A DNA stretch of 63,939 nucleotides, counting the filler, from Choristocarpus tenellus KU-1152 (lineage: Eukaryota > Protista > Phaeophyceae), in assembly GCA_964200185.2 (NCBI GenBank). It is 13 parts of 13 records of this genome, joined end to end, with 100 filler letters (N's around TTAATTAATTAA, not from the genome) between each part and the next. Parts side by side here need not be neighbours in the genome. Positions count along the whole stretch, not along the records: positions 37,876 to 42,026 come from CAXNAD020015964.1; positions 42,127 to 54,968 come from CAXNAD020001690.1; 11 more parts are not named here. One strand, given 5' to 3'. The notes beneath the pieces are model-generated. The model had not been told where the DNA came from. It searched no databases and was given only the letters and a program-made list of their open reading frames with translations. Position numbers and translations under genes: made by a program. Shown here piece after piece: positions 38,174 to 50,779 of this stretch; positions within the stretch are counted from its first letter, which is position 1; each line of letters starts with the position of its first letter.

Positions 38174-39656
38174 AGGTAGAAATGGGGGTCTTTTCTGTGG
38201 CTGATAAAAATGTGATGGATGGGGAGTAATAGTAATAAAAAGAGTTGACACTAACCAGAAATTCATCAAGGATTCCAAGAGTAAATTAGTTTTCTTTCAG
38301 AAATGAATTTCATCATCTCCAAAAGTTATGGAAAATGCATCACAGACTTATGGTACGGAGGTAGTATAGTATTAATTCTTAGTTCATAATATAGATTATT
38401 TGTGTCAGGTTGACATTTTGCAGATGTGTCAGGAGGGGGGGGAAACCAAGACCAAGACTAGATGACAAGGACTACTGCTTTACATACAACGGTTATCATC
38501 ATGCTAAGACATGAGCGTCACACACAGATATGTACTATTTGAAACCTAGCAATACAACAATGTCCGGTTGGAGATAGTTCTCTACTAAGCTATGTGTTTG
38601 CAATTAGTTGGTGGGCTGCAGAGCAACAGGCTTCTACTTCGAACGTAGGTTCTCAGTTTTTGGCGACTGTCCATCAGCAATAGTTCCGATTTCTCAACCT
38701 ATTGTAAGATTTTATTAAACCCAAAGTGCTATGGACAACATTGGAACATTCCTCCAGAACCATCCTCTCATGCCACAGTCAACCTTGAAAATCAGGTCAT
38801 CACCAAGCACAATCCAAACCAATTGGGATGAGGACAGAGAGTTTGGAATGTGTGTGATGTGTGGTTGGGACAGAAGGATCTCGATTGCATTGTTCATTCA
38901 ATCAGAATACTTACAAAGGCCAAAAATTGGTGAGCAACATGGAGAGTAGATGCAAGACAGGGGGTGTTGCACTTGTGAACATGAGGGTCCATTATCCAAG
39001 ACCGGTTGGTACAAAAACCAAAACTTGTGAGTTATTATTTTTCAAGTACATAGGGACATCTTTGACTGGATCATATTTCGCATCAGCTTTAGGGGACGTA
39101 AGATGTGCATTGGGACAGACATGCTCAAGCAGTTGAGGACGTTATTTCATTGAAAAAGTTGACGATCATGCAGTGTGGAGAGATTGTTACCTCTTATCAG
39201 TGCCGTGTGTCCAAGTGAGGCAAGGTAGGGGAAGAACAAGATCCACTTCCTCGGGTACATCCCTTGCTGACCAGGTACAGTTGGCGATTGGTATGCCTTG
39301 CTTGAGAATGACATATTCTTAACAACCACTGCTTGCCCTCTTTTTATTCTAAGAATGCCGATGATCCTGCATCGATTTCCATATCTAAAACCGTACATCT
39401 ACACCTATTTCGAGTCGCCTCAAACGCACCATAGACATACATGCATCTCTTTCCTTCCACACACACGGGTTTCACCATCTTTTCCGATTGTCTTCTGTTG
39501 GATTGCGTTGTGGTCTTCTCCAGACACTTCAACACTCCCCTATCGTATTTACATTAAGAGCTGACTGAGATATCGAAATCTAGCATTGCTCCCACTTCTT
39601 CTATTATGCCATTAAAAAAAAATCTCGTTCCCTACTCTGGAACCTTCAAGCCACTA

Positions 39657-41904
39657 CTACCGTGGACTGGGACGTGTGCTCAACTCGATGTTACTGGCGC
39701 TGCCCCTCATGGGATCAAAGAAACGGTGTTTCAATGCATCTCTCGCTGAAATACGCTCCTGACAAAAGCAGAGTCAATGTTTCGGGACGGGGTTGGGGGT
39801 GGGGGATGAATGAAGGAGAGCCCAACAAAATCGCTCTTGAACTATTCCTATTGAAAAAAACAAGATGACTGATGATAAGATACCGGATCCCAATTCATAC
39901 TTCAGTACATACTACAGCGATTGCTCCTGGTGCTGATACTGAGGAGTTGTGAAATTTTGAGTTGGTCCACCCACTAGCAATTTGGAATGCTTTGGACTAC
40001 AGGTATGTAAGAGCTCCGTGATGAAAACCTGCTGACATCAAACGTACTACGCTCTCATCACCAGAAAACAGTACGCAACTACTAAAAGTCAGTCTCAGCA
40101 CTGCCATGTACCTACCTGAGAGTATAGCAATCGTTCTCAAACGCCTTTTCACCCGCACCTGATTCTGCTACAGAGTCATAAAAACACTCAATCGAACAAG
40201 ACAATAAATGCGCAGAGAGACAGTGAAGTAAGTGTATTCACCTCTTCAAGAATTACACGGCAACAGAAAGAGGATGATAAGGCTAACCCAACAATCGGAC
40301 CTACAAGTCTTCCATGTGAACAACAAAAACCCCCGATCCACTTCTCACACGCACCCCTCGTCTCAAAGCGAAAAAAGTACTCGACTGAACAAAAACCAAA
40401 ACCAAAACACCGAAGCCCCGCCCCTCCCCCGCCCTGGACTAAATATTTCAAATCTTGACTTCAGGTTTCAGAAGTCCTTTGCCCATCAGTCATCACACAT
40501 ATTTCTCTACCCCCATCCACTCTACTCCAAAGCACTGATAACTGTTTTCCTTGAGGCTACCACTAACATATTCATCTCTCCACTCACCTATTATAGTCAC
40601 CATGTCTCACCTGATGGTCGTAGCACAGCATCTGATCCAGGAGGTCCAATCCGTCCTTATCAATAATTGTAATGCCGGCGCCTACTCCACCCTCCTCATG
40701 GGGCCCTGATGCTGCTACGGAGTGCCAATCCTTCTTGCTGTGGGTACCAAGCATGCCTTTCAGCCTCGGCTCCAATGTAACCCCTGTTGATGATGAATTC
40801 GAATTGAAGAGATGCCACCCGCTCAGAGAATTAAAAAAAAAGTAGTGTCGGGATCTAAACTTGAACAGCACTAGCTTACAGCACAGGGACATTGCTCTGA
40901 GAAGATTGGGAAAGGAGCTTGCTTCCCCTTCCTCATCTAACAACCCCAGAAGAAAACAGATTAAGACTTACAAAACACACTCGACACAACGTAGCCCTTA
41001 CGACCGACAAACTTCTTAACAAACTTCTTACGTTTTTACCCTGGTGTTGACAGCACTTTCTCAACCACATTCTCAGATTGTGGTTATCCTACTGCTGCGT
41101 GGGATAACCACAACTAACGCAAAACGAACAAACAGCACTCACTCTATCACAACACCACTAACAAACGCCTTCCAATCACATTCATCAGAAACATATGGAT
41201 GTACACTCGGAGTACCCAACATTTGTACTGCCAAGTAAGTAAATATCTTACACAAAACTGCACCCTCACACCTCTTCCCACCCCCCACCCTCGGAACCAC
41301 TCTGCCCTCGCCTGACAGCAAGGCATTGATTATGCCCACAAAAAAAAAAAAGCCCTTTAACTTTTGACATTGTAAAACCCTTTTCCAGTTTAGGGTTTAG
41401 GGTGTGTTGCACCACTTCCTACCATGCTAACTCATAACAACTCAAAACATAACATCACAAACAACCCGTCCATCACGCAGGCCCAACTCTATACACTCTC
41501 CCATCTTCTGTCTCGAAGCAACTCTCTGCATATCGAACAGCCAATGCGTGGATCACGGTGACATTCCACACACGCCTGACGCCTTACGAAACCCGGAACA
41601 ATCGCTCAAAAAAAACTATCCATTGTGACTCGGCGCTACAGAACGCTGCCATGCCATCATCCCACATTGGACAAGAAAAAGAACACACCCATCCTGAAAA
41701 AGAAAAGAAAAGAAAATATCCTCCACAACTACCCAGGACAGTGACAGTGCTTCAGGTGAACCCCCCTCACCGTACTTGTGAAGAAAGGAGTACAAACCAT
41801 CTGTCCCAAGGACAAGGGCGATCCTAAGGAGCTGGTCCTCATTGTCCTTCCCCCGGAAGAACGGCTCCCTATTTAGCAAAAAGCCTGCCAAGACACAACC
41901 CGCG
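39657..41904 (-). CDS. CKA: Casein kinase II alpha-like kinase, last three exons 41904-41771, 40783-40611, 39758-39657
   Basis: [45 protein letters not shown]|[19 protein letters not shown]...[14 protein letters not shown]|[18 protein letters not shown]...*; CK2-alpha motifs EPFF.G.DN.DQL and YDHQ.R; phases consistent. Confidence 0.9.
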
Positions 41905-42126
41905 CTGCATTCACCAGACAATGCGGTGGAATTAAAAAAGCAGTTGTAGAAGGGGGGTGGAACGGTATTCATTACAGGAGTCCGTCGTGGGGGTGTGGAG
42001 GGGGGCTGGGAAGTTGGAGCTGGTATNNNNNNNNNNNNNNNNNNNNNNNNNNNNNNNNNNNNNNNNNNNNTTAATTAATTAANNNNNNNNNNNNNNNNNN
42101 NNNNNNNNNNNNNNNNNNNNNNNNNN

Positions 42127-44843
42127 GGTGGAGTGGCAAGGGGTGTTGTCATCGACTTTGGCCTCACATATGGTGAGTAAAATAGATAGTGGGCTGAAGT
42201 TGGATGATATCTGGTTGAAAGTTCTGTTTCATGGCTTGAGATCCTCTCCATTGCACTGTTAATAGTGCACCCACCTCTTCTGGTGTTCTTCAACCGAGAA
42301 ACAGAGACCCACCCAACCCAAGTTCAAGTTCCCTTTACCTAGAGGGCTGCATCTCCTCACTCAACAAGCAACTAGCCCTTTTGACACCTGCCAGAGCAGG
42401 GAAGGATGGGTGATGGAAACGAAGGGTTGCAATGCCTACCTCTCTCCTCCTCCCTGATGTCAACCTACAGCAATCTGCCCCTCCCTATGTGTAGAAAATG
42501 ACAAATGCCTACCTACGCCTTTTGCAATACCTCAATCAAAACCTTGTGCAATCCCAAAGTCATTGAAGGGTGATACAGGAGATCGACACCTTGCTCTTAT
42601 GTTTTGCCCATTGTTTGTATTCCACAACACAAGGTGAGGGCGAAGCCATTCGGGGGTACACCGTAACAACAGCAGCCCCTGAGTGTAGGGTGGGGTCTCC
42701 CCTGAGATTTGAACAGGACGTTTTCTCCTTGGGAGCTGCTCTGCTCAACATCCTTACAGCGAACAATGATCCTTTCTTGGATGAGGCAAGTGATTACCTT
42801 GACAGGAACTTGATGCACATTTTTATTCTTTTTGATTGGTTGGGGTAGTCCATCCGTTCGAGCTTACATCTGACTGAAGGAAAGGGGCTCAGAACAAGCA
42901 TGCCGTCTTCAGGGAACCTGAGGATTCCCATCCTCATTTCCTGAGACAATAATCATGCCCTTCGCGATAGTACCAAAGAAACACAGTTGGGAGGGGTAGT
43001 ATATCTCATAGCCCTCAGCACTTGCTTTGTGATTGAGCCAAAGTATCTTAGGGGGGAGGGCTGCGTCCATTTGGGGGCCAAAATCCAATGTTGCCATTCT
43101 GACGAAATTTTGGCTGTCGTGTTTCTTGGGAAGTAACAATATCCTTGTTCCCTACGCACCTTTTCATATTGCGTACATTCTACCTACTCCAAAACATTTT
43201 GGAGTAGGAAAATGTCATAAATCCCCGAGGGAACCCAAGCCCCATTTGAACAAATAGGGCAAACTTCATACCCTCTAAGATACTTTCACTCTTTCGTAAG
43301 AGTCCTTGGACGGCATGGCAATGGGTCAAGTAGGGGAAGGGGTTGGTATTCATGGCCTTAGTTCAATAGTGGCGCTGGCGCTGATGTGCAGATATCTCTT
43401 GGAGTAGGTTGGCATGAGGTGTTGCCCTTGGCAATCGGTGTGTACATATTCCACAGCCACCACTGGCACCACCAGCAAGTAAATGACTCGAAGGAAAAGA
43501 CTCCCACGTGACCACCAGCTAATCTTCCCCTCTAGAGGATCATTCATCTGCACAAGCAACCACTATGCTTACAAGGCGCTGCTTCGTCTATTATTAGAAT
43601 CGACCCGGTGCCAGTCACCCATCTTAACCTTGTTCACTTGCAAATAAGTTGACTCAACCTCACTGTGTGCCTTATTCAATTTCAGGAATTCTTTCTTCCC
43701 AGTGAGAGAGAAGGCTACCGTGCAGCCTGTGAGGCAGCCCGCATTGATCCAATGCCTCAGTTTGGAGAAATGGGCATGGGCTTCAGAAACCACGGGCGGG
43801 AGCTCCGGCAGCTTATGGAGGTGTTGTATGATCCTTCGCCCAGGAATGTGCTGATCAAGCGTTTGTCCATAGAAAACTGCCCCTCATCAGTGTATCCCCT
43901 CTCTGGGAACAACTGCTTTCTTGCGAGCCCTCCATTAACAAGTAGAGATAGTAGCGCGCTTCCATAGAACTAAGCCTTTTCCTGGAGCATTGCTGTTGTG
44001 AAATCTACACCCCCAAATATCAACAATTCCGTGCATTTCACTCCACCTACCTCACCTACCTCACCTTGCCCCCCTTCCCCATCTCGCAGCCACAAAAAGG
44101 TTCAATTAATTATTCAGCTTCCCCCAACCATGCTTGCACACCCAGGACAAGATCAGGGCATGGGCAAAGTACATGGACAAACCACGCACAGTGTTGAGTC
44201 CACCCGTCATGGAGAAGTGGAATGTGGGGCCCAATCCAGAGGTGTGTTTGTCACTCCGCTGCTTTGTTAGCTAGGGTGTAGACTCCGTCCATGACATAAA
44301 AGAATACAAGCATAAAGGTACTTCTAGCAGTACACCATAGCACCTGCTGAATACTCAGTGATAGGGTTGTCAAGGAGGACCAACCAATGCTACACCTTAC
44401 ATGGAACAGCCACGGGGTAGCAAACCAGGTACTGCTGTCACAAAAAGGTGCCAGTCTGCTGCTCCACCACGTCTCGACTGATTGCGCTGAATTCTTGCCT
44501 TGTTCTCTTCTTCCTCCTCTCTCTCCTCTTCCTCCTCCTCCTCCTCTTGCAGGTTGCAAGGATCTTAAATGGGGTGCTGGACACCAACCCTGTGGGTCGG
44601 GGCACAGCTGGACAGTTTGTGGAACATGTACGCGGCTGGTGGGCTGAGGTGGAGGTTGGGCTTGGGGTCGACCCAATGGCTGTGGTGGACGCAATCGCAG
44701 GATTCCACTTGAACCTTGGAGTGGTCCCTGTACCAGAAACCGCCAGCGGTCGTGACTTCCTCCCGTCCCCAGCTGGGTCTGGTGTCCTTCCGCTTTCTTT
44801 CCCTGCCCCTCTCCCTGGACCCGCAGTTGTTAATATGGGATAG
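42127..44843 (+). CDS. Divergent protein kinase, C-lobe; exons <42127-42172, 42634-42785, 43686-43889, 44553-44843
   Basis: VVIDFGLTYG|EGEAIRGYTVTTAAPEC...EQDVFSLG (subdomains VII-IX); VARILNGVLDTNPVGRGTA (XI). Confidence 0.8.
43035..43291 (+). mobile_element. MITE family B inside a kinase intron
   Basis: GAGCCAAAGTATCTTAGGGGG...CCCTCTAAGATACTTTCACTC; TSD not preserved. Confidence 0.88.
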
Positions 44844-44965
44844 CACATCCCCTCCCCTGGAGTTTCTCAATTTCCCCCGAGGCCCATGCTGAATGGTCCT
44901 CTTCCCCCACCTCCCGGGATCCACAATGTACCATTCACTCCCCTCCAGATCCACCCCCCCGTCCA

Positions 44966-45140
44966 CCCTCCTCCTGGATTTGAGCATCTACCATTGATGC
45001 CCATCCGGGCCCGCCTCCCCCCCCCTCCTGGATTTGAGCATCTACCATTGATGCCTATCCAGGTCCCCCTCCTCCCCCCTCCTGGATTTGAGCATCTACC
45101 ATTGATGCCTATCCAGGTCCCCCTCCCCTAGGTTTGAGGG
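44966..45140 (+). repeat. ~51-bp tandem repeat x3 encoding PPPGFEHLPLMPI(Q/R)xxx
   Basis: CCTCCTGGATTTGAGCATCTACCATTGATGCC repeated three times plus a partial fourth. Confidence 0.92.
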
Positions 45141-46399
45141 ATTCATGAGAGTGTTGTCATCCCCCCTGCTGTCGAAGTTGGCAACATTCCCATTGTCCCT
45201 GCTCCGATTCCAGCTAGGTTTGACGCCATCCGCTTGGATGTTGTCGCTGGCCATGCTCAGTCTCCCCTCATCTTCCACTGTTTCCCCAAGCCTTGTTGCC
45301 AGTAGTATCCCTTCTCAAGAGATACTCCAGGTAAATTGTCTGGGCTTTTCCATTATGCTGTTCTGCCAGTTTCGATTCTGGGCTGAGAAGAGTCATTGGT
45401 TTTGTGCCAGATGTCCCACCTTTTTGTGGACGGAGGTTGCGCAAAGCAAATTCCTAGGGACTTGAGTTGTCCACCATGTTGTACAGAGAAGTGGTAGTTT
45501 CGTGATGGTAGTAGTTGTTCAAGGGTATAGACATTCAAGTGTACAAAGAGGTTTTTGTCCCGAATTTTGGGGCTATCAGTATTATGAAATGCAGAGAGGC
45601 TTACCTCATGTTCATCAAATGTGTGAAAATGTGTTAACCTTTCATTGTGATAGTGTTATTGTGTACATATTGTTGTTGTGTTTGCATTAGTGCTGGGTGG
45701 GACGGTGGGGGAGAGAGAAGTTCGATAGTGAGAGCTGATATCCGATGCGCTTGTGATGGCCAGCATACCATGCATCGTGGAATGAGTTCTTTCACATGCG
45801 GTATTGCCGTGGCGTCGATACGCCGTGGTCTTGGTTTTGTGATACCCATACACTTCACGCAACTCAACCAGGAGTTTATTCTCTCAGGTTCTTTGCCTTA
45901 GTCAGAGCGGAGTGTTTCAGGAGGACCAAAAATGGAAAAAAGACAAAAAAAAAATCTTTAGCCACGGTTTTTTCTTGCTTATATTTGCAATGCCAACCAA
46001 GATAGTAAACCTTGCAAGTCATGGTCTTATATTTTATCAGCAAGTCGTTCGAACGGACGTGTAACAGGCATACGTCCTGTAGGTAGTGGAGTAGGAGTGT
46101 GGGTGGTCTTCCGTCTCTGACATGACCGGAAAATTTCACACCACTTCCTAACATCTCTATGTAAGGTCCGCCACCAAAATCTGTCTCTTGCGCGGTCAAA
46201 CATGTCCTACAAAGCAAGATGGCCTACAAGTTTATGGTCATGTAGGTAGGGCATGTAAGATTAAACCCTGGTCTTCCGTTGAGGCCGAAAACTCATCACA
46301 AAATTCTCCATTATTTTCAAAGATGACTGGGTTGGTAACATCGGTAGGGTAAGTAAGAGCTTACCCTCTTTCTCTCTTGTGTGAAAAAATATGAAATGG

Positions 46400-47900
46400 T
46401 GTAGGTCGTTTCTTTCATGGGTAAAGTTGATTTACTGAGGTCTGCCGGGTACTAAAATGTATGCCGCAAACTGATCATGTTGGGCTTTGACTAAAACTTC
46501 AGTATCAATGACTGGAAACACATTGATGGAGGTAACAAAGAGCTCAGAGTCATTTGCCACCCTAGTAGATTGACCTCTAACTGATCCACAGACAATTCGC
46601 AGGCTGGACATATCTTACTTGCTTGAGAAATCGTATTAGTGGTTTCTGCTCCCACATTTCGATATATGGGGGTTAGGGGTGCTGGTTCAGATTACATTTT
46701 ACCGAAATCTTCCAATTTAGGATGTGACAACATATCTGGGATGTAGTGCAGTCTGACAGGTTTATGAAGGATGGTAGAATCAACACTTTGCAGAGCTAGG
46801 GCCCATCCAGTTCAAAGATTGGGCGTGTCTTGCACTGTATGTGGCCACCGTAAAGCTGAATGGTCACTAATGGCTGTGAAATGTTTACCCCAAATGCATA
46901 GTCTCCAGTGTTGAATTACCAGAATAACTGTGAAGCACTTTCTTTGTGTGGCAGAATATACATTTTCTCTGGGAGGGGGAAAGTAAGGCACTACTATGGC
47001 AGACAACTATATCAAAATTGTCATCACCATTTTTATCGGCCTAAAACGCCCCTTTCCCAATATTACTGGCATCTACATGTATATAAAATGTACCTTTGAA
47101 AATCAGGAAAGCGTAAAACTGGAGCCACGGTTAAAAGTCATTTGCACTTGTCAAGAGCAGTTTGCTGTGGCCGATTCCATCCAGATCAAGTATCACTATT
47201 ATAACTTTTTCATTTCTTTGGCGTGGCATGCTCTCTTTCTGTGCCTTCCCTTTTGTGTATTGGCTAATCAATTCAACCAACGGTTAGGTTGCCGTTGCAT
47301 TGTGAGGGATGTACTTCCTGACAAAGTCCATAGAACCTAAGAAAGATTGTAAGCCTTGCGCAGTCTGGGTGGGATGTACTTCTAAGACAGATTCAATACA
47401 AGCTTGTGAAATAGCTATTCCTTGTGGGTTAACATCGTGCACCAAAGAATGGATTTGGTTTGAGCCAAATTGAGCCTTGGATGGCTTTAACGTAACCCCC
47501 ACAGTTTGTAAGGTTGACAGTACAGTGGTCATTAGCTGCTCGTGGTGTGCCCAAGATGGAGAGGAACGAAACAATATCGTGTAAATATACCGATAACCCA
47601 GAGCTAGGACCGATGCTATAAAAAGTTTGAGACATAAGGCGTGGAAAGATCCCAGGTGCGTTTTGTGCTCCTCGGATATTGCTAGTTGCCCATAGGCTGA
47701 TTGGATTTCTAGAGAAGGAAGTATTTTGAATCCACCAAGGCGGACAAGCACTCTTACATGTATGGCAAAGGCCACCAATTACGTATCAAATATTGTTATT
47801 GATCCCTCTGAAATCTACACAGAAACGGGGAGAAAATTTGTAGTAAATATAGAAGACTTTTGCTCAATCTGCCTTAGGAATTCGTTACCTGTCTCTCTCA
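46400..47900 (-). mobile_element. Ty3/Gypsy RT-RNase H relic
   Basis: SLEIQSAYGQLAI, TLKPSKAQF, LQSFLGSMDFVRKYIP, YSATQRKC..VIQHWRLCIWGKHFTAISDHSALRW, HKPVRLHYIPDMLS. Confidence 0.88.
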
Positions 47901-48829
47901 TACATCTAAACTGAAGGGTTGGATGATACTCTCAAAGAGTCTCTATGATCCCATAACGCAGGTGAATGCTCCTTGATGCAAGGGGAATGTACATCCTTGC
48001 TGCCATTTTTCTGGATGATTTCATGTAGAACATTCCACCAAACACATAAGCAGGAAAGTGATGTAACTACCCGTCCTGACTGACCTTAAGAGCTGGGGCA
48101 TTTATCTCCAGGCTGCTTTGGTCAAGAGACCCCACGACATTCCGTCAAATACTGCATCGGAATGAGTGTTGTAGTGAATCTACACTGGGGTAGATTGATG
48201 AGCGAGGTCATCATGCCACAAGTGACGGGTATGCGAAGGGCGCATAGGATGTATAGCAGCATGGCTTACACTGACTTCAATACCCTGCAGCATCAAATAT
48301 CCTGATTTCAAGTGTGCATGTTACAAGTCATATACCGCATCACATTGAGTCAATAGTATACTTCGAAGTACAATGATGTGTACTGCAGTACTACGTCAAA
48401 GAGCGATGTTTGAAATTTGTGTGTGTGTTGTTATCCTGCAGCCTTCACTATGACCCTTTTTTTGTTGAACCAATACTATTTTAAGATATCAGTAACAAAT
48501 AGTCATATTATGCATATGAAAAATACATACATAATATATAATACATACATACATACATAAGGAATTGAATGTAAAATAACTTTTGCAGCCCCAATGAAGA
48601 AGCAAGATTTTCTTCACTCGTTTGTATTTTTTGGCCGTATTGTGCAGACTGTAAAAGGTTGCCCACCAAAATCTCAAGCAAAATGGTGCAGCCTACACCT
48701 ATCTATCATTCCGTCCCTGATGCCGTCCAAAACTCCATTCCAGCACAGTATTTCCCCACATCCACTTGGGAATTTTGAGGGAGCTTGCCTGCCTTCTCAG
48801 TAATTTTGTTCCTAAGATGGAGAATTTGA

Positions 48830-50300
48830 AGGAGTCACCCTTGATCCCAGCACTTCATCATAGACTGCGAAGAGGCTCTGCCAGGAACGCTCAAGCCTCT
48901 CCTGGGGGGACATATCGAATGCCTCTATTGTGGCCTCCACCAGCTCCTCTGAGTTGGTCACTCCGACATCTTCCTTCAGTTACTGGATGGAATGAAAAGA
49001 ATCCCAGGTCATTAACGCTGAGGTCAGATGAGTTGGCTGGCAGGGGTCTCTATGTCAATGTCGTCCCCCACCGCCTCCTCGATTTTCTCCATGATCCCCC
49101 CCTTTGTGTGTGGCTTTGCCCCGTCCTGCTCGAAGATGGTATGTCCTTCCAGCCCAGGCATACGGGCCTTGATTGCCGGGAAGACATCCTCAACCATGAG
49201 CTTTTTATACCTCCCCCCGCCCACCGTCATTGGCACAAGCACCTTGGTGCTCTTGAGGCAGTGTGTGCTGGAGCGCTGAGGGACCTTAGTGTCCAAAAAT
49301 TGGCCAGACCTCGATTTTCCCATCGAACCACACCCCATTGGAGAGGTTCCTAGGGTGGGCCACAGCTGCAAGGAACATCACCTTCGTAATGCAACACTTT
49401 ATTCTGTGCCCGGGGGGGGTTGGGGGAGTCCTTAGTGGGGTGCAGGTACACATCTTGCCCATCTTCGAGGACTTGAAACTACTTCTTGTCCACATACACC
49501 CAGTCATATAGATCGTCCACTACTACCCCAATCCCCCCCCTCCTGTACAAATGGCTGATGATAAAACCCACCCTGTTGCCTTTCTGCTGGTCTGAGAGGA
49601 TTTGCCTCATCAACCGCTCTTGACATTTACCTTCTCGCACTTGTACATATCCCACAACGAGGCAAGGGAGACCCAAGCTTTGGCCACCCATTTGCTGAAG
49701 GATGTGCAGTGTGCCAATGGGATATCCCAAACGTTGAGGAGGATACTTGTACAGGAGCCGCATTGCCCCTTGTGATGTCATACAAGGTCCATGCATTCAC
49801 CCTGTGCGATCTGGCTGTCATACTCCTTCAGATGATGGAGAACGGAGATTTTGGAAATTCCCAAGTCCTCCGTGATGGCTGATGCCATCCCCTGAGGCAT
49901 TCGAGTATCATGCCTTCTTGCCTGCAGGCATCTCACCACCACACTGTTCTTCGTTTGGGGTGATTGAGACCTGACCCTGGACAGACTTCTGGACCAACGA
50001 AGAATTGGGACTGACAGGTGACAACAGGATGAGCAAGCTGCTCGAACGGTGGGGGGCCTTCGTCCTAGGCATCCCAATAAACACCCGCATTGAAGGTTTC
50101 ATGAGGTTTTGAACCCCGTCAGATTCAACCTGGTCTACTTTGCACTGGTGATCCTCCACAGTCATGACAGTTCTCACTATCTCAAACTTTGCACGCCACC
50201 CAATCTATATGAGAAGTAGGCCTTGTCCAGATGGTCGATCAGGTCTGTTGTTCCTGGGTGAGAATGCAGGTTGCAAATGTTATGCTAAATTCAATTGTGA
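48830..50300 (-). mobile_element. Near full-length decayed mariner transposase (DD39D/plant-oomycete-type motifs)
   Basis: DWVYVDKK, ITKVMFLAAVAHPR..WFDGKIEVWP, IFEQDGAKPH, PANSSDLSVNDLGFF (after one frameshift). Confidence 0.92.
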
Positions 50301-50779
50301 ACAAAGTATGAATCCAACTCGTTGATATTGTCTCACTTCAGTAGTGACGATCAAAGTAGTAGCAGTACCCTTATCAGTCTCTCACTTCTGACTTCAACAA
50401 GAACGATGTTGAGGACTCAATGCGACAAACCCTTCCACTACGATACTTATGGTGTCATTCCCCTTTGTTTAGCTGTCCTTGACGATCTGTTGTCCCACAT
50501 AACCAGTTATATTATTGTTTATTAGCTTGTACCACAGTTGAGAAGAGAGTGAGATACCTGCACTAGGTGGGGCTCACCAATCCTAACATTGAATGACTCA
50601 GAATATCAAATGACTCAACGTTTCTCCATTACCCGTCAGAAACACTCATACTCTTACGTAACAGTCCGTCGATTACTTCTGGTCAAATACCCTAACCCTA
50701 AATATTCCGAATGTCCCGCATTATCTTCTGTACGTACATAAAATTATAATAATAATCATATTCTCACAAATAGTCAAGC

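Noticed and set aside
38715-39400. Cys-containing ORFs possibly from a piggyBac C-terminus
   Set aside because: Only one CxxC and no other support
17283-41904. Functional clustering of DDAH, ParB, PrsW and CK2 genes
   Set aside because: Each is on a different contig; adjacency is artificial
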